DNA from: Octopus bimaculoides
Lineage: Eukaryota
Assembly (NCBI RefSeq): GCF_001194135.2
Contig: NC_068985.1
Span: 125,170,685-125,212,724, forward strand
Direction of reading: 5' to 3'
DNA: 42,040 nucleotides
Under the pieces are notes generated by a model. The model made no database searches and was not told the origin of the DNA. It saw only the letters and a program-made list of their open reading frames with translations. The position numbers and the translations under genes are program-made. Shown here in pieces: positions 1 to 11,527 of this stretch; position 1 is the first letter of the stretch, and each line of letters opens with the position of its first letter.

Positions 1-163
1 TATATATATATATATATATATTCAATCAGAGGTTAAAATAACCTCATTAAGGGAAAGTAATATCCAATGAATTACTGGTTCATTGCCTAATATTTTTAGA
101 GAATAATAATATTCATAAAATAATAGATCTAAATATAAGTCTTGGTTTATAAATAATCAAAAG

Positions 164-478
164 AAAATTTAGAAAATGGAGATGTAGCATTAATATAATT
201 TATTATCTGCAAAAGTATCCCTTTACAGCTGCTTCAATTTAGCCTAAACGATTAAATTACAATAATCAAATCATTGTATTAGGCAAATTCCATCAGAGGG
301 GTAGAAAACACAACACCTAATAACCCAATGGTTATTAGGTGTTTTGTTTGCTTAATACAATTATTTAATTATCGCAATTTAATCTTTTAGGCTAAATTGA
401 AACAACTATAAGAGAATATGTTGGATTTTTGCAGATAATAAATTATATAAATGCTACATCTCCATTTTCAGAATTTTT
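164..478. repeat. ~315-bp fold-back (long inverted repeat) with HHR motifs in its arms; probable inverted Penelope pLTR pair
   Basis: 172-190 gaaaatggagatgtagcat is the reverse complement of 451-469. 233-258 matches 376-401 at 25/26. The inner 14-bp stem 312-325/330-343 is perfect with a 4-nt loop. Confidence 0.9.
219..301 (-). ncRNA. Degenerate minimal type-I hammerhead ribozyme
   Basis: Minus strand reads ccct-CTGATGG-aatttgcctaa...ttaggctaaatt-GAAG-CAGCTG-TA-aaggg. Stems I and II and the palindromic stem-III hexamer are present, with two core A>G changes. Confidence 0.7.
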
Positions 479-518
479 TTGTGTGTATATATATATTTAT
501 ATATACATATATATACAT

Positions 519-592
<74 letters not shown>

Positions 593-789
593 ACATATTT
601 GTATGTGTAACGTAATAGTTTCGAAAAACTTTTTGTTTCATATCTAGCGTGAACTAGACATTTCTCCAGTTTCTCTAAACGATAACCGTTCTCTGCAAAT
701 AATGCTTTTTAAACACAAGAACGCTGGTGATATTTCAAGAAATATTCCTCTTAAAAAATTATGGCCGGGCGAGTTGTCTTCCTTCGCTT

Positions 790-1400
790 GATAGCTAAGT
801 TTTCCAATTTTGAAGTAAAAATTTCCGAAAATGTGGACAATTCCCCACATATTCAGGTAGCCTCTTGGCTCATGTGATATCATGAGGATTATATATGTTT
901 CTGCCATACACAATTTACACAGTCTTGTTCCATTGCAATAGGGTTCACAAGTTTCCAGTAATTTTCACCTGATGTTAAAGGGCATGATCGTCCTTTAGGC
1001 GCCGTACGTATGCTGCGAGTGTTCTTGTGTTGCGTCTTTCCGGGACCCTGAAAGAAGATCTGTGGTTGTTCAGGCGAATTCTAAATATGGATTTACAAGA
1101 TCCAACATAAATTTTAGTGTGTGTCCCTGTGTTGGCATTGATATAACTGATATTTGTGCTGCTTCTGTTTGAGGTTACCTTTGCTTGGTACATTGTAGCC
1201 TCGGTGTTACATCGGCCGTCCACTGGACATTCATTTCTTATTCTGCATGAACAACCTGCCTCTGTCCGTGGTTTTCATTGGGTTTCCACTATCCTGTTTT
1301 TGTTCCCAACTTTGACCCTCCATAAATCCAAAATTTTATTTTGGTATTTATGGGAGTAACTGTCTTCGAAGACTCATATTGTCGTTGGTTGCTCGAAATG
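790..1400 (-). mobile_element. Penelope-like element 3' fragment (GIY-YIG endonuclease), frameshifted
   Basis: Translation gives GCSCRIRNECPVDGRCNTEATMYQAKV...KIYVGSCKSIFRIRLNNHRSSFR and CMAETYII, matching the PLE GIY-YIG C-terminus. Confidence 0.9.
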
Positions 1401-2049
1401 GGAGTAGATAGACAGACGACAACTGATGAAGGTTCGTTGTTCGTATTCCTTGTATTGCTTTTCCTATTTTCCATTTTCTCTCTATGTTGACGTATTTAAC
1501 TCATCTGTTTTCGTATTTCATGTTGTTTACCGTTGGAAACATCCTCTACCCATATATGCATTTCTCGCTGGATTGCGTGTTCATTTCTCTTTTTGTCATT
1601 TGTGATTTTATTTTTGATCGTCTATGAAATGAAGATATTTCCTCCGTCCGACTGCTTTTCTCTCTACAAAACGGAAAGTTACATTGCGGAACAGTCGCTT
1701 CAACGAGTTGTATTTATTTATCACCCGACGAGATACATCTGCACCACCGGATGCTCCTGGACCAGTTGTTGAGTGTCCCACCCAAGAGGAATCTATGCTC
1801 GATGTGTCGAAACAATTGTCGTGATTCATAATAAATTCTCGTGTATTCCAGCTTCCGTATTTCATTTGCTATATACCTAACGATCACTCTGAAAGTGACC
1901 GTGATTTTCAAGTAAGCTACCAGGTGTAACCCATTCGCTTTATTATCCATTAACCACAACCAATTTCCGATTTCCAGGAGGAAGGTGCTATACAGTATCG
2001 TACCAAGATGATGAATAAAATAACAGAGGATGTTTCACTAAAGGACATA

Positions 2050-3560
2050 CCTATACCCAGTAGGAAGGATTATATACGTGATCCTTTGTACGTAGAATGC
2101 GATGGAAAGCTTTCTTTTTCAACAAGGCGCTTAAACCAAACGACAAACCTGAACATGGTGACCTACTAAGAAAATTATTCAAATCTAGAAGGAACCGACC
2201 GACCAGCCAACACCTTACCAGATTTGAAGAAGAATTATATAGTATAGTCAAGAACGTGAAGTTCAGCAAGTTGCCCTAGAAGGTGTAATATACATCAACA
2301 GAAAATCAGAAAATTACTTGTCGACTTCAAGAATGCTCCAGGGATACTTGTACCAGCGGACAAAACATGTAACATTTACATTGTTGATATTGAACTATAT
2401 ACATTTCTTTTATTAGCCACACAGGGCTCAACGAAGATGGGACAAATACAATGTAGAGCTTTTCTTTTTGGGAGGGGGAAGGAAGGAAAAAAAAAGGGGT
2501 GGTGTCGATCAAAAGGGATCGTAGGAAGGGAAAAAGGGGGAGTTCGATCAAAAGGGATCGAAAAAAAAAAAAAAAAGGAAAGGCCGATCAATAGGGATCG
2601 TGTATCACTATATAAATCTATGATTTGGAAGGAATTATGCAGCAAATATAATCACGGTAGTAATGACGTATAAAAAAGAATTAACAATACAGGGCTACAA
2701 ATCATCAGAGATCTAGCCATAGATGATAGAACCGAACCCTACGTCCCCCGAAAACCCCGGACTTTGCTTAAGGACCATAAACCCAACTTTCTTATTGATC
2801 CCTGAGATAGATTGATTTGTCCTTCTAAATCCGATATAGGCATTATTAGCAAAAAATCATTGATAGGGTAATGCCCGTCCTTAAATCTAAAATTAGATTA
2901 GCCCTCAGATTGGATGGTTCAAGCTTCTAGGAATTAGTAAGAATAGTAAATTCTTGCAACTAGATATAGAGAGCTACTATGCCACTAGCGACCCGATCGG
3001 TCTTAATCAAGCCCTGATTTTTAGCATGAAAAATTCCGATTTGTCCCGACGCAAAATACATATCACACTTGCCGCGCGAGCCACTCTAGTAGATTTTGAT
3101 GGTAGATTATGGAGTAGATTATATAGGGAGAATGCATTTGACATAGCAATGGGCTCATATGATTCTACTCAAATCAGTGACCTAGTCGGAATATATATCC
3201 TTTCACTAATCCAGACTTCTTTTCCGGAAGTAATAGGGTCTATATAGGGATGACGCCTTATTTTTTCTAGACAGAAAATAGTAAAGTAGTAAAGTAGAAA
3301 GGCATAGGAAAAATTTCTTTAGGCTTTTCAAAAATTTAGGACTAAACATTATTATCGGTAAAGATTATCGTAGAGTGAATTTTCTTGATACTACCTTCTC
3401 TCTTGATACTGGATTATTTGAACCATTTCATAAGCCAGAAGTAAAGCGAGCAAGACAAATGCAAAGATACAAAATATAGTGATTAGTCACATGCCTAGGT
3501 TTCATTGTTACCATTTACATTACGTAAATGTCTGCAAATCCTCAGTGTGACCGTCATGGA
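2050..3560 (+). mobile_element. Penelope-like reverse transcriptase, degenerate
   Basis: Motifs RWKAFFF, LVPADKT, LKDHKPNF, RLICPSKSDIGIISK, LDIESYY, FDIAMGSYDSTQISDLVGIYIL, LYRDDAL (after a frameshift) and VNFLDTTF occur in order. Confidence 0.92.
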
Positions 3561-3784
3561 AAATATAATTTTCAGAACTATGCACGAGACGTCCTCCCGA
3601 GAGAGAACATACATACAGTTCTATCAATCATATTTGGAGGTATATTTCAAATGTCTTCGTTTTGGCGCACCGAAGCCGGAAATGACTCTGCAGAAAATAA
3701 TTTTCTGCATACCCACAAATATAATTGGCTTCAACATGGCCGCAGTCAAATGACTGAAGCAAATAGAAGAATAGAAGTATATAA

Positions 3785-4262
3785 GCGCAGGAGTGGCTGT
3801 GTGGTAAGTAGCTTGCTTACCAACCACATGGTTCCGGGTTCATTCCCACTGCGTGGCACCTTGGGCAAGTGTCTTCTACTATAGCCTCGGGCCGACCAAA
3901 GCCTTGTGAGTGGATTTAGTAAACGGAAACTGAAAGAAGCCCGTCGTATATATGTATGTATATATATATATATATATNNNNNNNNNNNNNNNNNNNNNNN
4001 NNNNNNNNNNNNNNNNNNNNNNNNATGTATGTATGTGTGTGTGTATATTTGTGTGTCTGTGTTTGTTCCCCCCAACATCACTTGACAACCGGTGGTGGTG
4101 TGTTTACGTCCCCGTAACTTAGCAGTTCGGCAAAAGACCCCAATAGAATAAGTTCTAGGCTTCCAAAGAATAAGTACTGGGTTCGATTTGTTCGACTAAG
4201 ATTCCTCAAGGCGGTGCTCCAGCATGGCCGCAGTCAAATGACCGAAACAAGTAAAAGGTAAA
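3785..4262 (+). mobile_element. tRNA-derived SINE family A, full length, with internal (TA)/(TG) microsatellite
   Basis: A-box gtggctgtgtggtaag and B-box gggttcattccc. The head ends at gcccgtcgtatata. After the microsatellite and gap comes a tail ending ctccagcatggccgcagtcaaatgac.gaaacaagtaaaag, which recurs in the window. Confidence 0.85.
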
Positions 4263-4299
4263 AGATAAGAAGAGGTACTTTCTTTTCCTTCTATTTTTC

Positions 4300-5185
4300 T
4301 CTCCTGTTGATTGATTTTCTCTGTCTTGGGGGCTTGTGTATATATTTGCTCGCTGGGCTTCAGTTTTAAATCTAAACATTTTCTGTTCCACTCGTTATGA
4401 AATGTGGTTTATACATTTGTAGCTTAACAGAGTTCTCAAATAGTTCCCAAGTCACTTTGAAATCGGGGTTGAGAAAGTAAAAGAAAGACCATTCAATAAA
4501 AGAAAGGTTATGTGTATTTGAACTCTGATTCCCTTTACAAAGGACCATAATGACAAATAAGTGCGCTGGAGTTATCGATCTTTGTCCAGTTTGTTGATGC
4601 TTTAAAACTGTCATGATCCGATACAGGGATCTTTCAGCTGCAATATTGTGAATAGTGTTTGTGTGGTTGCTGAATGCTTTATCTGAAACATTTCTGTGGT
4701 TTCTTGTTGAATCAAGCACGAGTTGGGACAGAAAGGAAAACAACACATTCATAAATTTGTAAAGTCTGTCCCTTGATGCTTTGTCCGAAATTATATACTT
4801 TGTTTTATATATTTTAGGAAAATGTTATTATCATAAGTTGAGAAAATATGCCATTGGACAACATAATGGTAATCCTGTTCAGTTTCCCGGCATAACTAAT
4901 CAACAATCTGGAGTGGTCCTGGAGATTGGTGGTATGAACATCAGAACAGCAGACCAATTATCCTGGAAGCTCTGAGCGTGGTAGTCAACGGGAAGATTGG
5001 AGTTGTCAGGGGTAATGAATGCAGTGGAAAGCAGTTTGAACACCGAGGTGGGAATGTGAGAGAGTTGAGATTGAGGGATAGTGAGAAGGAAGACGAAATG
5101 TACATTACGAAACGCAACTGATCTCATTTGTTAACCGGTTTATATTAATGCTCAAAGGACTTTTGAAACTCCCTGTATTATTGAA
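4300..5185 (-). mobile_element. Possible Tc1/mariner-like transposase relic
   Basis: Minus strand starts TACAGGGAGTTTCAAAAGTCC (TIR-like). Broken frames give IQQPHKHYS, QRSITPAHLF and LWSFVKG, resembling FQQDGAPPH / PRSPDLTPLDFF / LWGFVK. Confidence 0.3.
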
Positions 5186-6619
5186 ATATAATTGAAGACC
5201 ATTAAAAAATATTTTTACCACGTGCAAGACACACATTTGCAATTGTCTGGCAATTAAAATACATATTTAGAACGATTTGTACTTATGTCAGTGGTTTGTC
5301 AGCAACTTGTATCTAATCTAACATTATGGAATTATTCCTATTTTCTTGAAAACCATTCCCTTAAGATAAAATCTCATGCTTATTGCCATGTTGATGTTGC
5401 TATTGTTTTTTTTTATAGTGCTGTATTTTTTTAATTTTTTATATTAGTCAATACTTCCGGCTGGATAAGGTTGTAATATTAATAATATCCTCTTCCAAAT
5501 GAACAATCAGATACGGCTCATGCCATACTTAGGGCTACTTGAATCTTTATCAAATGATAGCTCTTTAAAGAAAAGATAAGAAATAGTCATACATGAGATT
5601 TTTATTTTTGACGTTTATTAGGATAACATGTTTAATAGGTTTACCAGTATGTCATTACAAGAATTATCTCTGTTACTTTAACATTAACCCTCATTAAAAA
5701 AATAAAAGTCTTATAGAAATGTTGGCATGTATAACAATGGCAATAAAAATGGGAAAATGCTTGTGCTTAAGAATTATTTCCAAGTTCTACTTTATTTCGT
5801 TGTATTAGAAAGTGTGGTGCAGAGTCCTACAACCCGCTGGCTTCTAAGTTCACCATTATAGACTTCGAATTCACGTCGAGTATTTGTGGATGAATTGGTT
5901 AGGCAAAGCATCCTCCATCTCAAAGGTCTACATGCATCAGATATAGCTAACGAAACATTCATCATATTTACAATGCTGCCGTTAACCACAGTAGCAACTT
6001 TCGTCCTATTTACATCTATTAACGAAGGCACATGATAACAGTAGAAGAAAACGAACCATCGAGTCTGTATTTGGTTTTCCATGTACTCTGTCGATTCTAT
6101 GATTATCGCTTGCTGTTTGAATATAACTTTATTAAAATATGTACCAGTTTAGGCGACGACACTTTAGACGTCGACACCCTTTTTGCTATACAAAAGTTCT
6201 TTACTCTCAGACGAATGAAATCTATATCGTGGGTTAGTCAGTTACATTGTCTGGGTAACAGCCTGTTGCTCAGAATAGAGGATGGTTAGCGACGTTATAC
6301 TCCATTCAATATATTGTTGAGAAGCTATTGATTGGTTATTGATATGTTATTAAAATGTTATTGAAAGGTTATTGACAAGTTATCGAGAAATTATTGCCTA
6401 GTTAGGGCAAGTAATTGTCAAGATATTCCCAAGATATATGCATAATAGTCAAGTTATCGCTAAATTGGAGATATAATTGTCAGGCTATTGCGAAGTAAGT
6501 GATAATTTATTGACAGTTTTTTAACGAGTTATTAACTGGTAATTAAGAAGTTATTAATCAGTTATTAACTAATTAACAAACAATTACTGACAAGATATTA
6601 TAAAATTTAAAAGACAGCC

Positions 6620-6826
6620 TGGTTTCAGATTTTGGTACAAGGCCTGCAATTTTGAGGTGAGGGTAAGTCGATTATATCGACCTCAGTGCTCAACTGGTAT
6701 TTATTTTATCGACCCCGAAAGAATGAAAGGTAAAGTCGACCTCGACGGAATCTGAACTCAGAACGTAAGGGCGGACAAAATACGCTGAGCATTTCGCCCG
6801 GCATGCTAACGATTCTGTCACCGCTA
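6620..6826 (-). mobile_element. tRNA-derived SINE family B
   Basis: Reverse complement of the core ttctgagttca...gaggtcgacttt.cctttcat.ctttcggggtcgataa. Confidence 0.85.
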
Positions 6827-6853
6827 AGACAGGCTATTATTAGAAATTGATTG

Positions 6854-7062
6854 AAGGTGGTGAACTCGAAGAATCGTTACCGTATCAGAGAAAAGGCTTA
6901 GCGGCATTTCTTCCGGCTCTTTCCGTTCTGAGTTCAAATGCGGCCTAGGTCGACTTTGCTTTTCATTCTTTCGACGTCGATAAAATAAGTACCAGTTGAG
7001 TAGTGGAATCGATGTAATCGACTTGCTCCCTCCCCTCAAAATTACTGGCCTTGTGCCAAAAT
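6854..7062 (+). mobile_element. SINE family B
   Basis: aaggtggtgaactcgaagaatcgtta...ttctgagttcaaatg...aggtcgactttgc...aagtaccag...gccttgtgccaaaa. Confidence 0.85.
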
Positions 7063-7329
7063 AAGAAAGGATAGTTGATAATTAATAAGCTGTTGTTAAT
7101 TTATAGACAGAAATGTCAAGTTATTGATGTTTTATTGGTTGCTTTTTATATGCTACTGATTGGTTATTCATGGGTTATAGACAAATTACAGACAGATTAT
7201 TGATTGGTTATTGATAAGCTGATTGGTTACCGACATATTACAAAAGATTTATTGGTAAGTTATTGACCTTTTATGGAGAAGTTATGTTATAGATAATGCA
7301 ATAAGCGGCTAATTTATCTTTTATCCATT

Positions 7330-7530
7330 ACCTATTTCAGTCACTGGGCTGCGGCCATGCTGGAGCAGCATACTGAAAGTCCTAGTCAAACAAATTGATG
7401 CCAGTATTTATTTTATGAAGCCTTTTATTGGTTCTTCTATCGAACCGCTAGTTTACAGGGACATAAAAAACCCAACATCATTTGTCAAGTAGTGTGTAGG
7501 GTGACAAACACATGCACACGCACATATGAA

Positions 7531-7584
<54 letters not shown>

Positions 7585-7775
7585 CATACATATACATATA
7601 CACACAGACCCACACATATATATGATAGGCTTCCATACAATTACTGCCTAGCAAATTCACTCACAGGACATTGGTCAACCCGGGACTATAGTAGAAGACA
7701 CTTACCCAATGTGACACACAGTGGAATCCAAAACCACGTGGTTACAAAGTGTGCTTCTTAACCACGTGATCATAC
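7330..7775 (-). mobile_element. SINE family A, diverged full length, internal (ATCT)n
   Basis: Tail motif gcggccatgctggagc at ~7350. Head motif actatagtagaagacactt.ccca at ~7690. Confidence 0.8.
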
Positions 7776-8833
7776 ATGTTTTTTACACGTTTCTCACAAG
7801 TTATATGCTATGAGGTTATTACAGACTAATGTCTGTTGTTGAGTAGTTATTAATATGTTACTGAGAGGCCAAGTAATTGAGATGCCGATTAACGTATCGC
7901 AGAGTTTCTCAGCTGAAGCTACCCGAAACCTTAGGGTTCCGCAAGAAGTCCCTAGGCTGGTAATCAGGCAGATTATATACAAATGAAGATTTTAGTCATA
8001 TTTGTATTTAATTCTATATTCGTATGTAAGGCCTAGAGCTTTCAATTATTCTGTAGTTGATATTTTATAGTTAACAATTTTGTTTTTTATTACAATGGTC
8101 AGATAACAGCCCAAGAGTCATTTCGCATTTCATTTATCAGCAATTCTGAAAGAAGAGATGTGGTTGTTAACTCTTATCTTGAACTCGTAATTTTATTATA
8201 CACACATAGCATATTTCCGAAGGTAGGGAAATCCTGCCATTTCCAGGTCGGAAAGGTACTCCTACTGGAAAAAAAAAAAAAAAAATGACCTTTTGAAATG
8301 TTGGGAAATTTGGCCTAAAGAAAGTCTTCATTAAGACAAAATTTCTTAAACCCTTTTTGTACGGTTTCTTGTATTTAGCACCGGCAACCTTTCAAAAGCA
8401 GTTTTAGAGTTTGTTTAATCCAATGTGGAATTTATCTTTATGAAAGAGAAGGAAAAATTAATAAAGATATATAAGATGTTTTACGTAAGGGTTCCTGAGA
8501 CATAGAATACATTTCAAAGGTTTCTCCAAGACTAAAAAAAAAGCTTGTAAAATGCTGGTGTACAGAAAATGACGTGAACCAAGCTTCTAAAATTCTCTAT
8601 AACTGTACCGTCACAATCATCATCAGAGCCACAGTCGTTACGACCGCAATTATTATATATGATGATCATCATCGCCATTATCACGATACGACCTTTACTG
8701 TTTCCTTACAGTCCTACGTATGAGGTTCATCTCGATCCCCACTAGTAAGATCATCATTATCACTATCGCCCCCAACACCGCGACCATAACGACGACGACG
8801 GCGACGACGGATACTAGCCACATCTCCAACAAG

Positions 8834-8907
8834 TACCACCCGAAATGTACCCACTCCCTACATATGACTGCCAATGGCGAGTGAAGCCACCCACCGGAAA
8901 CCAAACT
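8834..8907 (+). CDS. Candidate small exon encoding a CUB-domain-like peptide (PPEMYPLPTYDCQWRVKPPTGNQT)
   Basis: The CxWxVxxPxG spacing matches the CUB consensus. Flanked by AG (8832-8833) and a GTATGA donor. The acceptor pyrimidine tract is weak and no partner exons are seen. Confidence 0.25.
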
Positions 8908-9255
8908 GTATGAGAACAGTTGATGAGGTGTTGTCAACCCGATTTCCAAAGTAGACGGGGAGAGGGAGGGCATGAAATGGTGTGGGGGAAATAACAAGCA
9001 TAGACTTCACATAGAAGTATACAATATAAGCGCGCACATACACGCGCGTGCGTGCGTGCACACACATACACACACATAAATGAGCGAACACATACGGAAG
9101 CACACGTGGATACACAAACTCATACACATGAGCGTTCACACATCCTCCTTGCACAAATACTCTCGAACGCATTCGTATATGTGTGTGCGTACAAAAACAC
9201 AAAAACACACGTGCGCGAGCGCAGACTCCTCATAAACTCTACGAACCGTTTGTAC

Positions 9256-9256
<1 letters not shown>

Positions 9257-9338
<82 letters not shown>
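9257..9338. repeat. (TTTC)n microsatellite
   Basis: Direct reading. Confidence 0.98.
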
Positions 9339-9471
9339 ATGACTATCTCCCCGTCTGTCTCTAAAGCAGAAAGATTTTCAGTTATATTCTCTCAGTTTAT
9401 CTGTGTGCGTTTGTGTAAACACACATACGTACATACATGCGTACGTACATACATACATACATACATACATT

Positions 9472-9513
<42 letters not shown>

Positions 9514-9723
9514 TATAGCAAATAGGTAACAAGGATATCCAGGTATCAATGCATTACGGCCGTTTCAAGCAGCTCCATTTAATCTCCTCAGCAGCAGACG
9601 AACCTATAGATTTCCAATTTAAAGGAACTTAACTGTCAAATCCCAATGGCTTTAACTCTAAAGGGTTGTAGATTGCATGCTGCAGATTAATTTTATAAAT
9701 AAAATGAAATAGTGATAAAGATA

Positions 9724-9924
9724 AACGAGCACTCAAAGAGCGCAAGCCTCCGCCAAGGCAACACCAACGTCCACTCAACGATTAGCCGGAGGTGATTTTA
9801 AAAATGAGAATATCTGAAATAAACTCGACTGCTCTCACAAACGAGAATACTAAAAATGAACCCGGCCGCTCTCAAAAATTAAGTAAAAAAAACAGGAATA
9901 ATACTCCAGAATCCTAGTCTGGTA
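9724..9924 (+). mobile_element. Helentron/DINE-like non-autonomous element, 5' part
   Basis: Starts aacgagcactcaaagagcgcaagcctccgccaaggc, like the GAGAGCGCAGACCTCCGCCAAG subterminal motif I recall from Helentron-associated elements in aquatic animals. Appears to continue at 10591. Confidence 0.5.
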
Positions 9925-10231
9925 TGTAATCCGTCCCAATGGTAGTCATGAAGTGTGAAGGTGGGAGTGAGTGCCGTATTTGTAATGCTGTGAGTGTGTC
10001 GTCTGTAGTGGGAACAGGGACAGTTTTCTCTATGAAAGCCTTTTTTAGTCTATCCACTGATATAGTGTCTTTATGGTCATTAAGGACTACAGTGAAAAAT
10101 TTTTCCGTGCGTGAAAGAAAACGCAAAGGACCTGCATACGGTACTGTTAACGGAGGTTCAACAACATCGTTGCGCACAAAAACGCGAGTCCAAGAAGTAA
10201 AGCTTCCTTCAAGGCAGAGCAAGAAATGCAA
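9914..10231 (-). mobile_element. Ty3/Gypsy pol fragment (integrase C-terminal GPY/F region)
   Basis: TRVFVRNDVVEPPLTVPYAGPLRFLSRTEKFFTVVLNDHKDTISVDRLKKAF matches the HVFVRxDxxxxPLxxPYxGPxxVxxRxxKxFT...TVSxDRLKPA pattern. Confidence 0.9.
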
Positions 10232-10590
10232 TTGTCATGTAGGTAAGAGGTTTTAAACAAGCGTGATATATTCAAAATTGGTAAAACCAAAATTGTCGAG
10301 GACAAATAAAATGTATTGTTGTTACTGAATATGTTAGAGTTATTTAATTTCTGAACGGTTTTGCTGCCGTTTGTTTATGTAGTTTGATTTCTTTATCCAT
10401 CAGTTTCTACTAAGATAAAGACGCGAGTAAAATTAATAATAGAGAAACGAAAATAAAACTTTGGAAACAGCAACACCGCCATAACTTACGTGGAAACCAT
10501 GAACGTGCTTTCAAGGGAGATAATAAGAGAAAGACTTGAAAGTCAACGTAAGAACGTAATGCTTCATGTAAAGTAAATATAATAAATAAT

Positions 10591-10700
10591 CCAGAATCCT
10601 TGTCCGGTATCAGATCGATCCCAAAATCTAATCAGTTTGTGCCAGTCACGAGGCGAAACATCCCTCAAAGTTTCATCCGAATCCATCCGAATCCATATAT
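10591..10700 (+). mobile_element. Helentron/DINE-like element, resumed 3' part (runs into gap)
   Basis: ccagaatccttgtccggtatcagatcgatcccaaaatctaatcag...caaagtttcatccgaatcc overlaps the 5' part by a 19-bp imperfect duplication. Confidence 0.5.
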
Positions 10701-11473
10701 CCATATATANNNNNNNNNNNNNNNNNNNNNNNNNNNNNNNNNNNNNNNNNNNNNNNNNNNNNNNNNNNNNNNNNNNNNNNNNNNNNNNNNNNNNNNNNNN
10801 NNNNNNNNNNNNNNNNNNNNNNNNNNNNNNNNNNNNNNNNNNNNNNNNNNNNNNNNNNNNNNNNNNNNNNNNNNNNNNNNNNNNNNNNNNNNNNNNNNNN
10901 NNNNNNNNNNNNNNNNNNNNNNNNNNNNNNNNNNNNNNNNNNNNNNNNNNNNNNNNNNNNNNNNNNNNNNNNNNNNNNNNNNNNNNNNNNNNNNNNNNNN
11001 NNNNNNNNNNNNNNNNNNNNNNNNNNNNNNNNNNNNNNNNNNNNNNNNNNNNNNNNNNNNNNNNNNNNNNNNNNNNNNNNNNNNNNNNNNNNNNNNNNNN
11101 NNNNNNNNNNNNNNNNNNNNNNNNNNNNNNNNNNNNNNNNNNNNNNNNNNNNNNNNNNNNNNNNNNNNNNNNNNNNNNNNNNNNNNNNNNNNNNNNNNNN
11201 NNNNNNNNNNNNNNNNNNNNNNNNNNNNNNNNNNNNNNNNNNNNNNNNNNNNNNNNNNNNNNNNNNNNNNNNNNNNNNNNNNNNNNNNNNNNNNNNNNNN
11301 NNNNNNNNNNNNNNNNNNNNNNNNNNNNNNNNNNNNNNNNNNNNNNNNNNNNNNNNNNNNNNNNNNNNNNNNNNNNNNNNNNNNNNNNNNNNNNNNNNNN
11401 NNNNNNNNNNNNNNNNNNNNNNNNNNNNNNNNNNNNNNNNNNNNNNNNNNNNNNNNNNNNNNNNNNNNNNNNN

Positions 11474-11527
<54 letters not shown>

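Larger units (their letters stand above)
6320..7880. repeat. Degenerate ~11-bp minisatellite (AAGTTATTGAC-like) interrupted by three SINEs
   Basis: Recurrent gttatt(g/a)a units at 6320-6600, 7075-7310 and 7810-7880. Confidence 0.6.

Noticed and set aside
615-650. HHR-like gatatga-aac..gtt..GAAACTATT on the minus strand
   Set aside because: The core needs insertions and stems I and III do not form; too degenerate to call.
1423-1429. CTGATGA as an HHR core (also at 29586 and 31246)
   Set aside because: No stem II followed by GAAA at a suitable distance; a 7-mer is expected by chance.
3785-3860. tRNA genes at SINE heads (also 16157 and 41877)
   Set aside because: A/B boxes are present but there is no full cloverleaf, and each runs into a repeated SINE body.
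5792-6289. Non-repetitive ORFs as host exons (also 19542-19820, 20348-20548, 40465-40659)
   Set aside because: Short, with no recognisable domain or consistent splice signals; cannot be supported without a search.
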